From positions 25,192 through 89,191 of the forward strand of contig JADFWU010000006.1 of the NCBI GenBank assembly GCA_015234045.1: 64,000 nucleotides of DNA, read 5' to 3'. The notes under the pieces are model-generated. The model saw only the letters and a list, made by a program, of their open reading frames with translations. It did not search any database and had not been told where the DNA came from. The DNA comes from Magnetococcales bacterium. Lineage in GTDB: Bacteria > Pseudomonadota > Magnetococcia > Magnetococcales > JADFWU01. Shown in pieces: positions 27,705 to 36,548 of this stretch. Within the stretch, counting starts at the first letter, position 1. Each line of letters opens with the position of its first letter. The position numbers were made by a program, and so were the translations under genes.

Positions 27705-28541
27705 TCAGAAAAGCAGATAAACGCCAACACCCGCCACCGCTAACCACAAGTTTGTGATATTGCTCACCACGATGTTGAGTACCGCTGCCACGGTCATATC
27801 CCTGCGTAGCAAGGTCAGGGCTGACTTGAATTCAGGCCAGCTTGTCAACGTTGCCAGCACCAGAAAACCAATCAGCCCTTTAGGTGCATGAGACGCGGCA
27901 GAAGCAACGTTAACAACCGGATCAAGAAAATACCCCGCCGCCGTGAGAATCAAAAGCGAAGGCACAAACCAGAGCTTATGTACTGCCAACGCTTCTTCTT
28001 CATCGGGCTCCTGCTCAGTTGGGCGTTTAAAAAACAGCGCCATGGAAACAACCAGAGCGACACCAGCCCAAAGCGCATAGTGCCCAGGATCAAGCAGGTA
28101 AAACACACCAGCCAAACTGGCAGTAATAATCACTGTGGAAAAAAAGTAGACCGGACTGACAGAAAGCACCGACTTCACATGACGCATCAATACCGCTGCC
28201 AACAGTAAAAGCAGTGGATTCATATAATTGGAACCAAGTGGTGTCGAAGAAGCAAATAGAATATCGCCGTTAATCAATCCAACAATCACAACCAGCGCTT
28301 CTGGACCATTGGTCAAAAAACCGGTCAGCGTGCCAATACCGCGCACATTTTTCATGGTTTCGATGATCACCTCAATAGAAGTGCCCACCATGAACATAAT
28401 CACAATAATGCCCGCAGCACCAAGAAAAGCCCCTTGCACATCACCATCAAACAGAAGCGCTGAACCGCAGAAAAACAACACGGTGAGCACCCAGGCACCG
28501 ATGTCAACAAGACCAATTGATTCAAGAATAAATTTTTTCAT
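27705..28541 (-). CDS. CaCA-superfamily (Na+/Ca2+ exchanger-like) membrane protein
   Basis: Two alpha-repeat-like motifs (LTNGPEAL..GSNYMNP and LTSWPEF..VSNITNL). Confidence 0.6.
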   Translation of the reverse strand: MKKFILESIGLVDIGAWVLTVLFFCGSALLFDGDVQGAFLGAAGIIVIMFMVGTSIEVIIETMKNVRGIGTLTGFLTNGPEALVVIVGLINGDILFASSTPLGSNYMNPLLLLLAAVLMRHVKSVLSVSPVYFFSTVIITASLAGVFYLLDPGHYALWAGVALVVSMALFFKRPTEQEPDEEEALAVHKLWFVPSLLILTAAGYFLDPVVNVASAASHAPKGLIGFLVLATLTSWPEFKSALTLLRRDMTVAAVLNIVVSNITNLWLAVAGVGVYLLF

Positions 28542-28964
28542 CGCTGATTAACCATATTGTTACACTTGTGAGGTTGAAATGATTTATGAATACAAGATCA
28601 ATTTGTTATCATGATGTTCCATAAAGCAGCATTATAGAACACTATGAGTATAGCAAATTATACGTCTCAGACGGGATATGGTATAGAGAGAATAACTGGT
28701 CAATCTTTTTTGTTTTGTGACAGAGCAATTGCCCACACCCCTGCTATTCCCCCTTGACAACCAAAGCCTTTCCTTACTAATTCTCATTGATTTTACATAT
28801 AAATTCACAAATAATTCATAGTAGGTTGCTCTATTGCACATGCTTAGTGTATTTTTTTGCTGTTGTTAGTTTCTTGTATGCGTTTTGCGCCTCCGGGAAT
28901 CAGCAACCGGTTTGAGAGTCTCAACCGCTCTTGAACTTTCTCAAACTTTTGGTTTGGGACCCAT

Positions 28965-29008
28965 AAAAAAGCCACTTCAATCCTTTGGATTGAAGTGGCT
29001 TTTTTTTC
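28965..29008. terminator. bidirectional intrinsic terminator
   Basis: A6-gccacttcaatc N6 gattgaagtggc-T8. Confidence 0.75.
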
Positions 29009-29027
29009 TTATTTTATTCTTTCCAGG

Positions 29028-29330
29028 TTAGGCGCTTTGCGTCTGAGTTCGGATGGTATAACCGCCACCGGCTTCCAACTCAACAATAGGCACGTTCAAC
29101 TCCAGGAACTCACAGCCGTCTTGATGTTCCACCTGAACTTTGACTTGATCCCGCTCCACTGGGAAATATTTGGCCAACACCTGGAAGATATCTTCCTGAA
29201 GTTCGGTCAGATAATCCGGCATGCCTGCACGGCTGGAACGCTCCAAAGCAACCAACACCTGTAAACGCTCTTTCGCTACGGAAGCAGATTTTTTTCGATA
29301 TGATTTGAAAATCGATCCGAGAAGAGACAT
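29028..29330 (-). CDS. minE: cell division topological specificity factor MinE
   Basis: SASVAKERLQVLVA.. typical MinE N-terminus. Confidence 0.9.
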   Translation of the reverse strand: MSLLGSIFKSYRKKSASVAKERLQVLVALERSSRAGMPDYLTELQEDIFQVLAKYFPVERDQVKVQVEHQDGCEFLELNVPIVELEAGGGYTIRTQTQSA

Positions 29331-29336
29331 AGCTGC

Positions 29337-30149
29337 TTAACCTCCGCCAAAAATGCGTTGTAATAAGCTTGGCTTACGCTCCTGCAAAAAGCGCATTGGA
29401 CGATTCTCACCAGCGATCCGACATACCGCATCTTCATAGGCCTGAGCAGCACTGGTTCCCGCTTCCAGAATCACCGGCAAACCGGCGTTTGAAGACTGAA
29501 GCACCTGGGTAGACTCAGGAATAACACCCAACAACGGTACATTGAGAATGTCGTTGATATCGTTCACGCCCAACATCTCACCCTTCTCCACCCGTGAAGG
29601 TACATAGCGGGTGACCAATAGATGTTGGCGCACTGGCTCGTCACCATTCTTGGCGCGAAAGGTCTTGGCATCCAACAGACCCAAAATCCGATCCGCATCA
29701 CGCACTGAAGAGACCTCTGGATTGGTGACAATCAACGCTTCATCGGCAAAGTACATTGCCATAAACGCGCCTTTCTCAATCCCGGCCGGAGAGTCGCAAA
29801 TAATGTAGTCGAAACTCTTTTTCAACTCCATGATGATGGATTCCACACCTTCCATGGTGAGGGCATCCTTATCCCGTGTTTGGGATGCGGCCAGGATGTA
29901 CAGGTTTTCGACCCGTTTATCCTTGATCAAGGCCTGGGACAGGTTTGCATCATCGTGAATCACGTTGATGAAGTCATAAACGACTCGGCGTTCACACCCC
30001 ATGATCAAATCAAGGTTGCGTAAACCAACATCAAAATCGATGACAACGGTCCTGAATCCCTTCTGGGCCAGACCTACCGCAAAACTGGCACTGGTGGTGG
30101 TTTTACCCACGCCCCCTTTACCCGATGTGACGACAATGACTTTTGCCAA
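29337..30149 (-). CDS. minD: septum site-determining ATPase MinD
   Basis: (M)AKVIVVTSGKGGVGKTT. TTG start 7 nt after AGAGGA. The ORF track start at 30170 is GTG. Confidence 0.95.
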   Translation of the reverse strand: MAKVIVVTSGKGGVGKTTTSASFAVGLAQKGFRTVVIDFDVGLRNLDLIMGCERRVVYDFINVIHDDANLSQALIKDKRVENLYILAASQTRDKDALTMEGVESIIMELKKSFDYIICDSPAGIEKGAFMAMYFADEALIVTNPEVSSVRDADRILGLLDAKTFRAKNGDEPVRQHLLVTRYVPSRVEKGEMLGVNDINDILNVPLLGVIPESTQVLQSSNAGLPVILEAGTSAAQAYEDAVCRIAGENRPMRFLQERKPSLLQRIFGGG

Positions 30150-30353
30150 TTGGGATTCCTCTCTTTTCACTCTTGAAATATTTCATGGATGAGGAACACT
30201 GTCCGCCATCCTCCGACCATGCATTTCCAATTTGGAATGGTCATGGTTAATTATATTCGCTAACGTTCATCACAAGGGGACAAACCTCCCCCTTTCCAGA
30301 CTCTGAAAGATCACCAGGTGACCTTCATCTCAGGTGTTGCCTATTCAATCTAT

Positions 30354-31184
30354 TCAAACCAGCGGAGCAAATTCCAACAGATCATCCGCCAGCCATATCT
30401 GCGCTGGACTGCAATTGAATTCTCGAGGAATAAACTCACTCACTTGATAGATTCCAGCAATCGCCACCAACTGAGCATCCAGTTCATGACAAAAGATCCG
30501 TGCTTCAGTATCACCACCAGCACCCGCCAACGCCCGACCACGTAGCGGCCCGTAGACATGAATATTGCCGTCCGCCAACACCTCACCGCCACCATTGACT
30601 GGACCCAACACAATCAAGTCGCCATTACGTGCATAAACCCGCTGACCACTACGCACTGGATGATCAATAATCCGCGTTGCCGTTTTTTCAACAGGGGCTT
30701 CACTGTCTTCAGGGATTTTAGGAAGAGGCGCTGTGGGAACAGGCTCGGGTTCGGGTTCGGGTTCCGGTTCAACTACCGGCTCTTTCGGAAGAACCATTGT
30801 CTCATCCGCAAAAACCCCCAGCCCCAATGAACGGGCTGAACGCTTGAGAGAGTCCGTGCCATAACGCACACCAACCGGCACCAACCGACGGGCACGTAAG
30901 ATGGTCACCACTCCACGGAGATCAAGAACCGGACTGAATTCCGATTTTGCCGCCTCGGAAAACATGCTCAGATCGAGCATCACAGGCGCATCACGAAAAA
31001 AGTCGCCAGATTTTTCCAAACTCAAGTCCAAATGGGCCTTAATCGCGTTGAGATCTGGACGCAATAGCCGCAAGCTGGTCAAATTGATGGACGTACCACG
31101 AAAATCAATGGCATCCTTTTCAATAGGCGCTGGTTTTTCAGCGGGTTGCTCTGGATCAACCGGTTTTTCTTGCAACTGACTCAT
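30354..31184 (-). CDS. minC: septum site-determining protein MinC
   Basis: C-terminal beta-helix domain. (EP)n linker. Confidence 0.85.
   Translation of the reverse strand: MSQLQEKPVDPEQPAEKPAPIEKDAIDFRGTSINLTSLRLLRPDLNAIKAHLDLSLEKSGDFFRDAPVMLDLSMFSEAAKSEFSPVLDLRGVVTILRARRLVPVGVRYGTDSLKRSARSLGLGVFADETMVLPKEPVVEPEPEPEPEPVPTAPLPKIPEDSEAPVEKTATRIIDHPVRSGQRVYARNGDLIVLGPVNGGGEVLADGNIHVYGPLRGRALAGAGGDTEARIFCHELDAQLVAIAGIYQVSEFIPREFNCSPAQIWLADDLLEFAPLV
30746..30770. repeat. in-frame hexanucleotide microsatellite inside minC
   Basis: (cgggtt)3 ccggtt c encoding EPEPEPEPEP. Confidence 0.8.
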
Positions 31185-31700
31185 AATGCCCAACGGTCCT
31201 AAGTTCTTTCAAAATACGCAATCAAAACCATCAGCCATATTCATTACAGAAACATGACAAAAAGGCTGCTCCCTAAACACCGGAAACAGTCATGATGGCG
31301 ATTTAATCAATCACTGCCTACTCATTGAGGTGAGAAAAACAGGTACGCCCGCTCGGCAACGGCTGGTCAAACCAACCCTGTCGAATTTGTGTTTTTATGG
31401 ATCTTCCCTCTGAAGGTAACCGAGTAGAAAAGATCCGTCAAGCATGCGTGTGATTCGCTCTGTCACCCGCATTCACTTTAACTCAAACATATCTACATTC
31501 CACACCCGGCATTATTTGCCCCTTTCATCATTATCGGCAAATAATACCATGAACGCCCCTCCTCTATCCTGACTCAGGATTTCAAATATTATATCACAAA
31601 ATCAATTAATTAAACATATAAACTGAACTTGGCAAGCTTCTTGATTTCCCATTTAAGACAACGCATTAGTTCCAGTTTGCTCAACACTTGGAGAACTGTC

Positions 31701-32201
31701 ATGTCATCACCGAATATCCGTCACACTCTGGCGGTTGCACAGGATCAGCTGGATGACACTCTGACCCATATCAAGACTCTATCTGAAAACCTACCCTTGC
31801 CCAGATCGTTTCGACTATCTGGCTTGGCCTTGATCGTGCCTGCCCTACTGCTTTCCAGCTTTGTGGATCGGCCCGGCACATCGCCCACGACCCTTGTCAG
31901 TCAAATCAAACCTGCGTTACACAGCCAAACCCAGATCACCCCGACTCAATGGGATGCATTTAACATTCATGTCATGCTTGATCGTGGAGAGTCATTTGAT
32001 GTGGTTGACCTGCGTGGTCGTACTGTACTGATGTGGGCGGCTGAAAGTGGACAGTTTGAGATCGTCTCTCGACTGCTTGAACATGGTGTTAACGTCAATG
32101 ACACTGATCAGTGGGGTCGATCTGCCCTACATATGGCAATCGCAAATAATCATCGTGAAATCGTGAAATTATTGATGGACCATCAAGCAAACCTGACATG
32201 A
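31701..32201 (+). CDS. ankyrin-repeat protein with N-terminal TM segment
   Basis: GRTVLMWAAESGQFEIVSRLLEHGVNVN and GRSALHMAIANNHREIVKLLMDH. Confidence 0.75.
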   Translation: MSSPNIRHTLAVAQDQLDDTLTHIKTLSENLPLPRSFRLSGLALIVPALLLSSFVDRPGTSPTTLVSQIKPALHSQTQITPTQWDAFNIHVMLDRGESFDVVDLRGRTVLMWAAESGQFEIVSRLLEHGVNVNDTDQWGRSALHMAIANNHREIVKLLMDHQANLT

Positions 32202-32212
32202 CAATCCTACAA

Positions 32213-32300
32213 ACCGAATGACACAGAAGTGTGTCATATAAAAAGTGTGTCGCCTCGTGAAACAGTTGTGACACACCGAATGACACAGAAGTGTTTCACA
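32213..32300. promoter_or_regulatory. cluster of TGACACA/TGTGTCA half-sites: candidate enhancer (UAS)
   Basis: 20-bp direct repeat accgaatgacacagaagtgt at 32213 and 32275. Perfect palindrome ATGACACA-GAAG-TGTGTCAT at 32218-32237. Confidence 0.35.
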
Positions 32301-32315
32301 CAGTGCACAAAAAAC

Positions 32316-32345
32316 AGCCGCTCATATGCGGCTTTTTTTATTTTA
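32316..32345 (+). terminator. intrinsic terminator after the ankyrin gene
   Basis: agccgc-tcatat-gcggct followed by T7. Confidence 0.7.
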
Positions 32346-32383
32346 TACTCTTAAATCATAGTGTTATGGCATGCCTGCAAAAC

Positions 32384-32399
32384 TGGCACGCCTCCTGCT
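32384..32399 (+). promoter_or_regulatory. sigma54 (-24/-12) promoter
   Basis: TGGCAC-gcctc-CTGCT, with correct GG/GC spacing. Confidence 0.55.
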
Positions 32400-32713
32400 A
32401 ATATCAAGATACCATGAGCAAACTGTGACGTAACAAACTCAACCAACAGCAAGCCCTCAGCTGTGTTCATGGTAATTAAATTTTGGTTGACTACGTCACG
32501 AACGCCATGGGCGACTATACGCGATGTGTTTTCGGACCCCCCTCCCCACCCATCTCGTTAGTCGCCCTGGTTCTTTTTATTACTCTCCTTTGCTCCTTTT
32601 TGGGAGCAATACAAGACCCGTCAAGTCTGTCCGTTTTTTTCACTCTCATTTCTTTGAGATCCGTGGCAACCCTCCAGAAAAAAGAGTATTCTGACAGACT
32701 TGACGGAGTGTTA

Positions 32714-32761
32714 GAGTCACGGAAAAAATTAATCATTCCAGTCGCGCAGGATATTGGTTCG
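32714..32761. mobile_element. one-ended MITE fragment
   Basis: gagtcacggaaaaaattaatcattccagtcgcgcaggatattggttcg matches the reverse complement of 7650-7697. Preceded by TTA. Confidence 0.6.
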
Positions 32762-32803
32762 CCTTCCGTGTTGATTCCAGCTTTCTCAAGGGGGAGAGAA
32801 GCG

Positions 32804-34588
32804 TTGGAAAACGCCATTCTACTTGTTGATGATGATAATAGCGTTCGTTCGGTATATGGTGCTTTTATCCAAAAGGCAGGCTTTCACGTGCATATGGCCG
32901 AAAGCTATACCGAAGCACTAAACATTATCAGTAGCGTCAATTTTGATTTAATTATCACAGATATCCATCTTGGTGATAACAACGGGCTCAATCTCGTCAA
33001 AGAAGTCCATGCCCGTGAGCTTGACACCTATATTCTGGTTATTACCGGATATCCCGACTTTCAAACCGTTCAAGAGGCACTGCGCTTTGGCGCGTTTGAT
33101 TATCTATCCAAGCCCATTCGACGTGAAGACCTGATCCTGGCCATCCATCGTGCCATGGATCATAAGGCCATGCGCGATGAACGCACGCGTTTGCGTCGTG
33201 ATCTTCAGGCCATCTTTCGTTCGGTAAAAGATGCCATCATCACTGTTGACACCCAGCTGAACATTTTAGCAGTCAACCAGGCTGCTGACCGACTTTGCCA
33301 GCTGAACCATCAACAAGTCAGCCAACCCATGACTACTGAAAACAACAACAACTGCATCCATCACTGCCGTGAAGCCGTTTTAAAAGTACTCAAAACGAGT
33401 AACACTGTTGAACTGACCCGTATCAGCTGTGAACATGCAGACGGCTCACCGTTGATGATCAATGTAACCGTCTCACCGCTTGTGGATGAATCAGATCACA
33501 CCATGGGTGCTGTTCTTGTCATACGAGATGAAACCCGAATTGCAGCGCTGGAAAGAGATCTTAACGCACGTCGCCAATTTCACCGAATTGTCGGTCAAAG
33601 CGCTACAATGCAGAGGATCTACGGTCTGATTGAGGATCTTAGCCGGGTTGAAAGCACGGTGTTAATCCATGGTGAGAGCGGCACAGGCAAAGAGTTGGTC
33701 GCCGAAGCACTCCACTATGAAAGCGCACGCAGAGACAATCCATTGGTTAAGATCAACTGCGCCGCATTGACCGATACACTGCTCGAAAGCGAACTTTTTG
33801 GCCATGTGCGCGGTGCATTTACCGGTGCCCATCAGGATAAATTGGGTCGCTTTGAGTTGGCAGACAAAGGCACAATTTTTTTAGATGAAATCGGTGATAT
33901 CTCGCCACAAATGCAAACACGACTGCTCAGAGTCCTTCAAGAGCGTGAGTTCGAACGGGTTGGCGACACCCGCACACGACAGGTCGATGTACGCGTGGTT
34001 GCCGCGACCAATGTTAATCTCAAAGAACGAGTAGAACAGAAGAAATTTCGGGAAGATCTCTACTATCGACTGAAAGTCGTGGTCATTCCGTTGCCACCTC
34101 TCAGACAACGCCGGGATGATATTCCACTACTGATCAATCATTTCATCAATCGATTCAACACCCTGTTCAACAAAGAGATCAATGGTGTCACTGAACAGGT
34201 ACTCAAGACGTTCATGAATAATAACTGGCCGGGCAATATTCGTGAGATTCAACATGTAATTGAACATGCCTTTGTGGTCTGCCATCAACCCGTTATTGAT
34301 ATGGATCACCTACCGCCAGAGTTTCGTGATAGCCCGATATTCCAACCCGTTCAGACAGCGCATAACCCGCTATCTACAACATATGATCAAGACGCAAAGT
34401 TACCAAACTCAACCGATCAACAAAGCGGTCCAGCACATCAACTGAGCGAAAAAGAGCAAATTGTCATTGCACTGAATCAAACCGGATGGGTGAAAGCACG
34501 GGCAGCGCGTTTATTGGGATTTAGCCGCAGCACCATGTATCGTAAAATGCGGTCCTATAATCTGGAAGATGCTCCAGAATCGTGGTAA
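32804..34588 (+). CDS. sigma54-dependent response regulator (REC-PAS-AAA+-Fis HTH, NtrC family)
   Basis: ILLVDDD receiver, GESGTGKE, GAFTGA, C-terminal HTH. TTG start 7 nt after GGGGGAGAG. The ORF stays open upstream to 32483. Confidence 0.85.
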   Translation: MENAILLVDDDNSVRSVYGAFIQKAGFHVHMAESYTEALNIISSVNFDLIITDIHLGDNNGLNLVKEVHARELDTYILVITGYPDFQTVQEALRFGAFDYLSKPIRREDLILAIHRAMDHKAMRDERTRLRRDLQAIFRSVKDAIITVDTQLNILAVNQAADRLCQLNHQQVSQPMTTENNNNCIHHCREAVLKVLKTSNTVELTRISCEHADGSPLMINVTVSPLVDESDHTMGAVLVIRDETRIAALERDLNARRQFHRIVGQSATMQRIYGLIEDLSRVESTVLIHGESGTGKELVAEALHYESARRDNPLVKINCAALTDTLLESELFGHVRGAFTGAHQDKLGRFELADKGTIFLDEIGDISPQMQTRLLRVLQEREFERVGDTRTRQVDVRVVAATNVNLKERVEQKKFREDLYYRLKVVVIPLPPLRQRRDDIPLLINHFINRFNTLFNKEINGVTEQVLKTFMNNNWPGNIREIQHVIEHAFVVCHQPVIDMDHLPPEFRDSPIFQPVQTAHNPLSTTYDQDAKLPNSTDQQSGPAHQLSEKEQIVIALNQTGWVKARAARLLGFSRSTMYRKMRSYNLEDAPESW

Positions 34589-34606
34589 CACCTCACATCT
34601 ATCCCG

Positions 34607-36505
34607 TTATTTAGCGAATAAAATTTCATGAACACGTTGCGCCAATATTTCACGGGAAACCGGTTTTTGCAGATAGCCAACAAATCCCAACGCCTTCGCT
34701 TGATCAGCAGTTAACGCCTCGGAATAACCAGTACATACCAGCACCGGAAATACCGATACCAATCCCTTAACATGCGCTAGAAGATCTACACCACTCAGAC
34801 CAGGCATGGTCTGGTCAGTAATCATCAAATCCACCTCATCTGAATGACTGGTCAGATAGGTCAGAGCCTCCGTAGGATCAGTAAACCCTTTTACCGAATA
34901 TCCCAACCGCACCAATGTGGCAACAGTCATCCGCACCAATGCATCTTCATCATCAACAAACACAATTCGACCATGGCCCAGTGGCGCATGCGTTTGATCT
35001 GGTGTTGAATCCACCTCAACATCATGGGGTATTGCTGGAAAATATACCCGAAAGACGGTTCCGAAATCGGGCTTACTTTCAACAGTAATAACACCCTTGT
35101 GCGCCGCCACAATGCCATGCACCACCGACAAGCCCAATCCTGTTCCCTGACCTAACACCTTGGTAGTAAAAAAAGGATCAAAGATTCGTTCCTGAATTTC
35201 AGGCCCCATACCAACACCGTTATCCCGCACTGTTAGCATGACAAATTCTGAATCGTTCAACTCATACTGATCCAAGAAGTGCTTATCAGGGTGAACCATC
35301 TGTACAGACATCTCCAACACCCCGTTGCGCCCTTCAACCGAATGGGCAGCGTTGGTCATGAGATTGATCAATACCTGATGGATCTGGCTGGGATCAGCAT
35401 TAATCGGTCGCAGTTGATTCGCCACACGGGATTCAATGGCAACCGAAGAGGGCAATGTTGCCCGCATGAACTTCACCACCTCTTTTGCAATTGGTCCCAT
35501 ATTCATGGGCTGATACCGCTTTTCATCCTGACGACTAAAAGTCAGCAGCTGTGCGACCAGATCCCGCGCCCGCACACCAGAACGAAATATCTCTTCCAGA
35601 TAGCCCAATACCGGCTCTTCATCAACATAGTCTTGAGCCAGTTCGGAGTAACCCATAACCGCACCAAGGATGTTATTAAAATCATGGGCAATGCCACCAG
35701 CCAAAGTCCCAATAGCCTCCAACTTTTGCGACTGACGCAACATACGCTCCAGCTGGTTTTCTCGTGTCATATCCCGATATACCGCGACAAAATTGCTGAT
35801 CTCGCCCGTTGCATCACGAAGTGGCGAGATAATCGCATCCACTTCAAAAGTGGTGCCCATCTTGTGTCGATTTACAATACGTCCATGCCAACTTTCACCT
35901 CGCAACAGCGTTTGCCAAAGATCTTGATAGAAGAGCGCATTATGGTGATTACTCTTCAGAAACCGCGTTGTTTTCCCTTCTATCTCTTTAGCCGAAAAGC
36001 CACTCACATGTTCAAAGGCCGGGTTGGTGTATTGGATATGACCATTGGCATCCGTAATCAACACCATTTCATTGGCTTGCTCCACCACAGCTGCCAAACG
36101 ATCCCTTTCCCAAGCTACATCCTGTTGCTGTGTCTGTTTTCCTACCGCCTCTATCAGTGCAATTTCCAAACGATCCAGATTTGAGAATGGAATCACATCG
36201 ACAACACCGGCACGCATCAATGCAACCGCTTGCTGCGTCTCAATGTTATCTGAAATAACAAATACCGGTAGAACCAACTGTCTATTGGAGAACAATTCAA
36301 GCATCTGAAAAGGCTCAACATGAGCAATATCATATCCAAACACAACCGCATCGAACTGATGGGTAGCCAAACTGGCAACCAGGGTGTTTGTATCAATCAC
36401 TATTTTCCAGACAGGTTGGATGGTCCCGAATTCGTGCAGGTATAATGATTGACTCAGTGCCTTTTCAGGACCATCAACAACAAGAATCTGAATGGGTTTG
36501 ACCAT
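34607..36505 (-). CDS. hybrid sensor histidine kinase (N-terminal receiver-like domain, PAS, HisKA-HATPase, C-terminal REC)
   Basis: H-box GIAHDFNNIL, G-boxes, and a C-terminal IVFVDDED receiver. Confidence 0.85.
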   Translation of the reverse strand: MVKPIQILVVDGPEKALSQSLYLHEFGTIQPVWKIVIDTNTLVASLATHQFDAVVFGYDIAHVEPFQMLELFSNRQLVLPVFVISDNIETQQAVALMRAGVVDVIPFSNLDRLEIALIEAVGKQTQQQDVAWERDRLAAVVEQANEMVLITDANGHIQYTNPAFEHVSGFSAKEIEGKTTRFLKSNHHNALFYQDLWQTLLRGESWHGRIVNRHKMGTTFEVDAIISPLRDATGEISNFVAVYRDMTRENQLERMLRQSQKLEAIGTLAGGIAHDFNNILGAVMGYSELAQDYVDEEPVLGYLEEIFRSGVRARDLVAQLLTFSRQDEKRYQPMNMGPIAKEVVKFMRATLPSSVAIESRVANQLRPINADPSQIHQVLINLMTNAAHSVEGRNGVLEMSVQMVHPDKHFLDQYELNDSEFVMLTVRDNGVGMGPEIQERIFDPFFTTKVLGQGTGLGLSVVHGIVAAHKGVITVESKPDFGTVFRVYFPAIPHDVEVDSTPDQTHAPLGHGRIVFVDDEDALVRMTVATLVRLGYSVKGFTDPTEALTYLTSHSDEVDLMITDQTMPGLSGVDLLAHVKGLVSVFPVLVCTGYSEALTADQAKALGFVGYLQKPVSREILAQRVHEILFAK

Positions 36506-36548
36506 CGGTATTATTCCAGAATAATTGGCATTATTGCGTCACAAGGCA

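Noticed and set aside
32483-32803. Using the ORF-track start (701-aa version of the sigma54 regulator)
   Set aside because: There is no RBS at 32483 or 32507. The extension contains a MITE fragment, and a strong RBS precedes TTG 32804 right at the receiver domain. I kept it as an open question in the findings because the frame is unusually long and open.
35279-36184. 301-aa plus-strand ORF
   Set aside because: It is antisense to the hybrid histidine kinase, with a low-complexity, His/Leu/Ile/Gln/Arg-rich shadow-frame composition.
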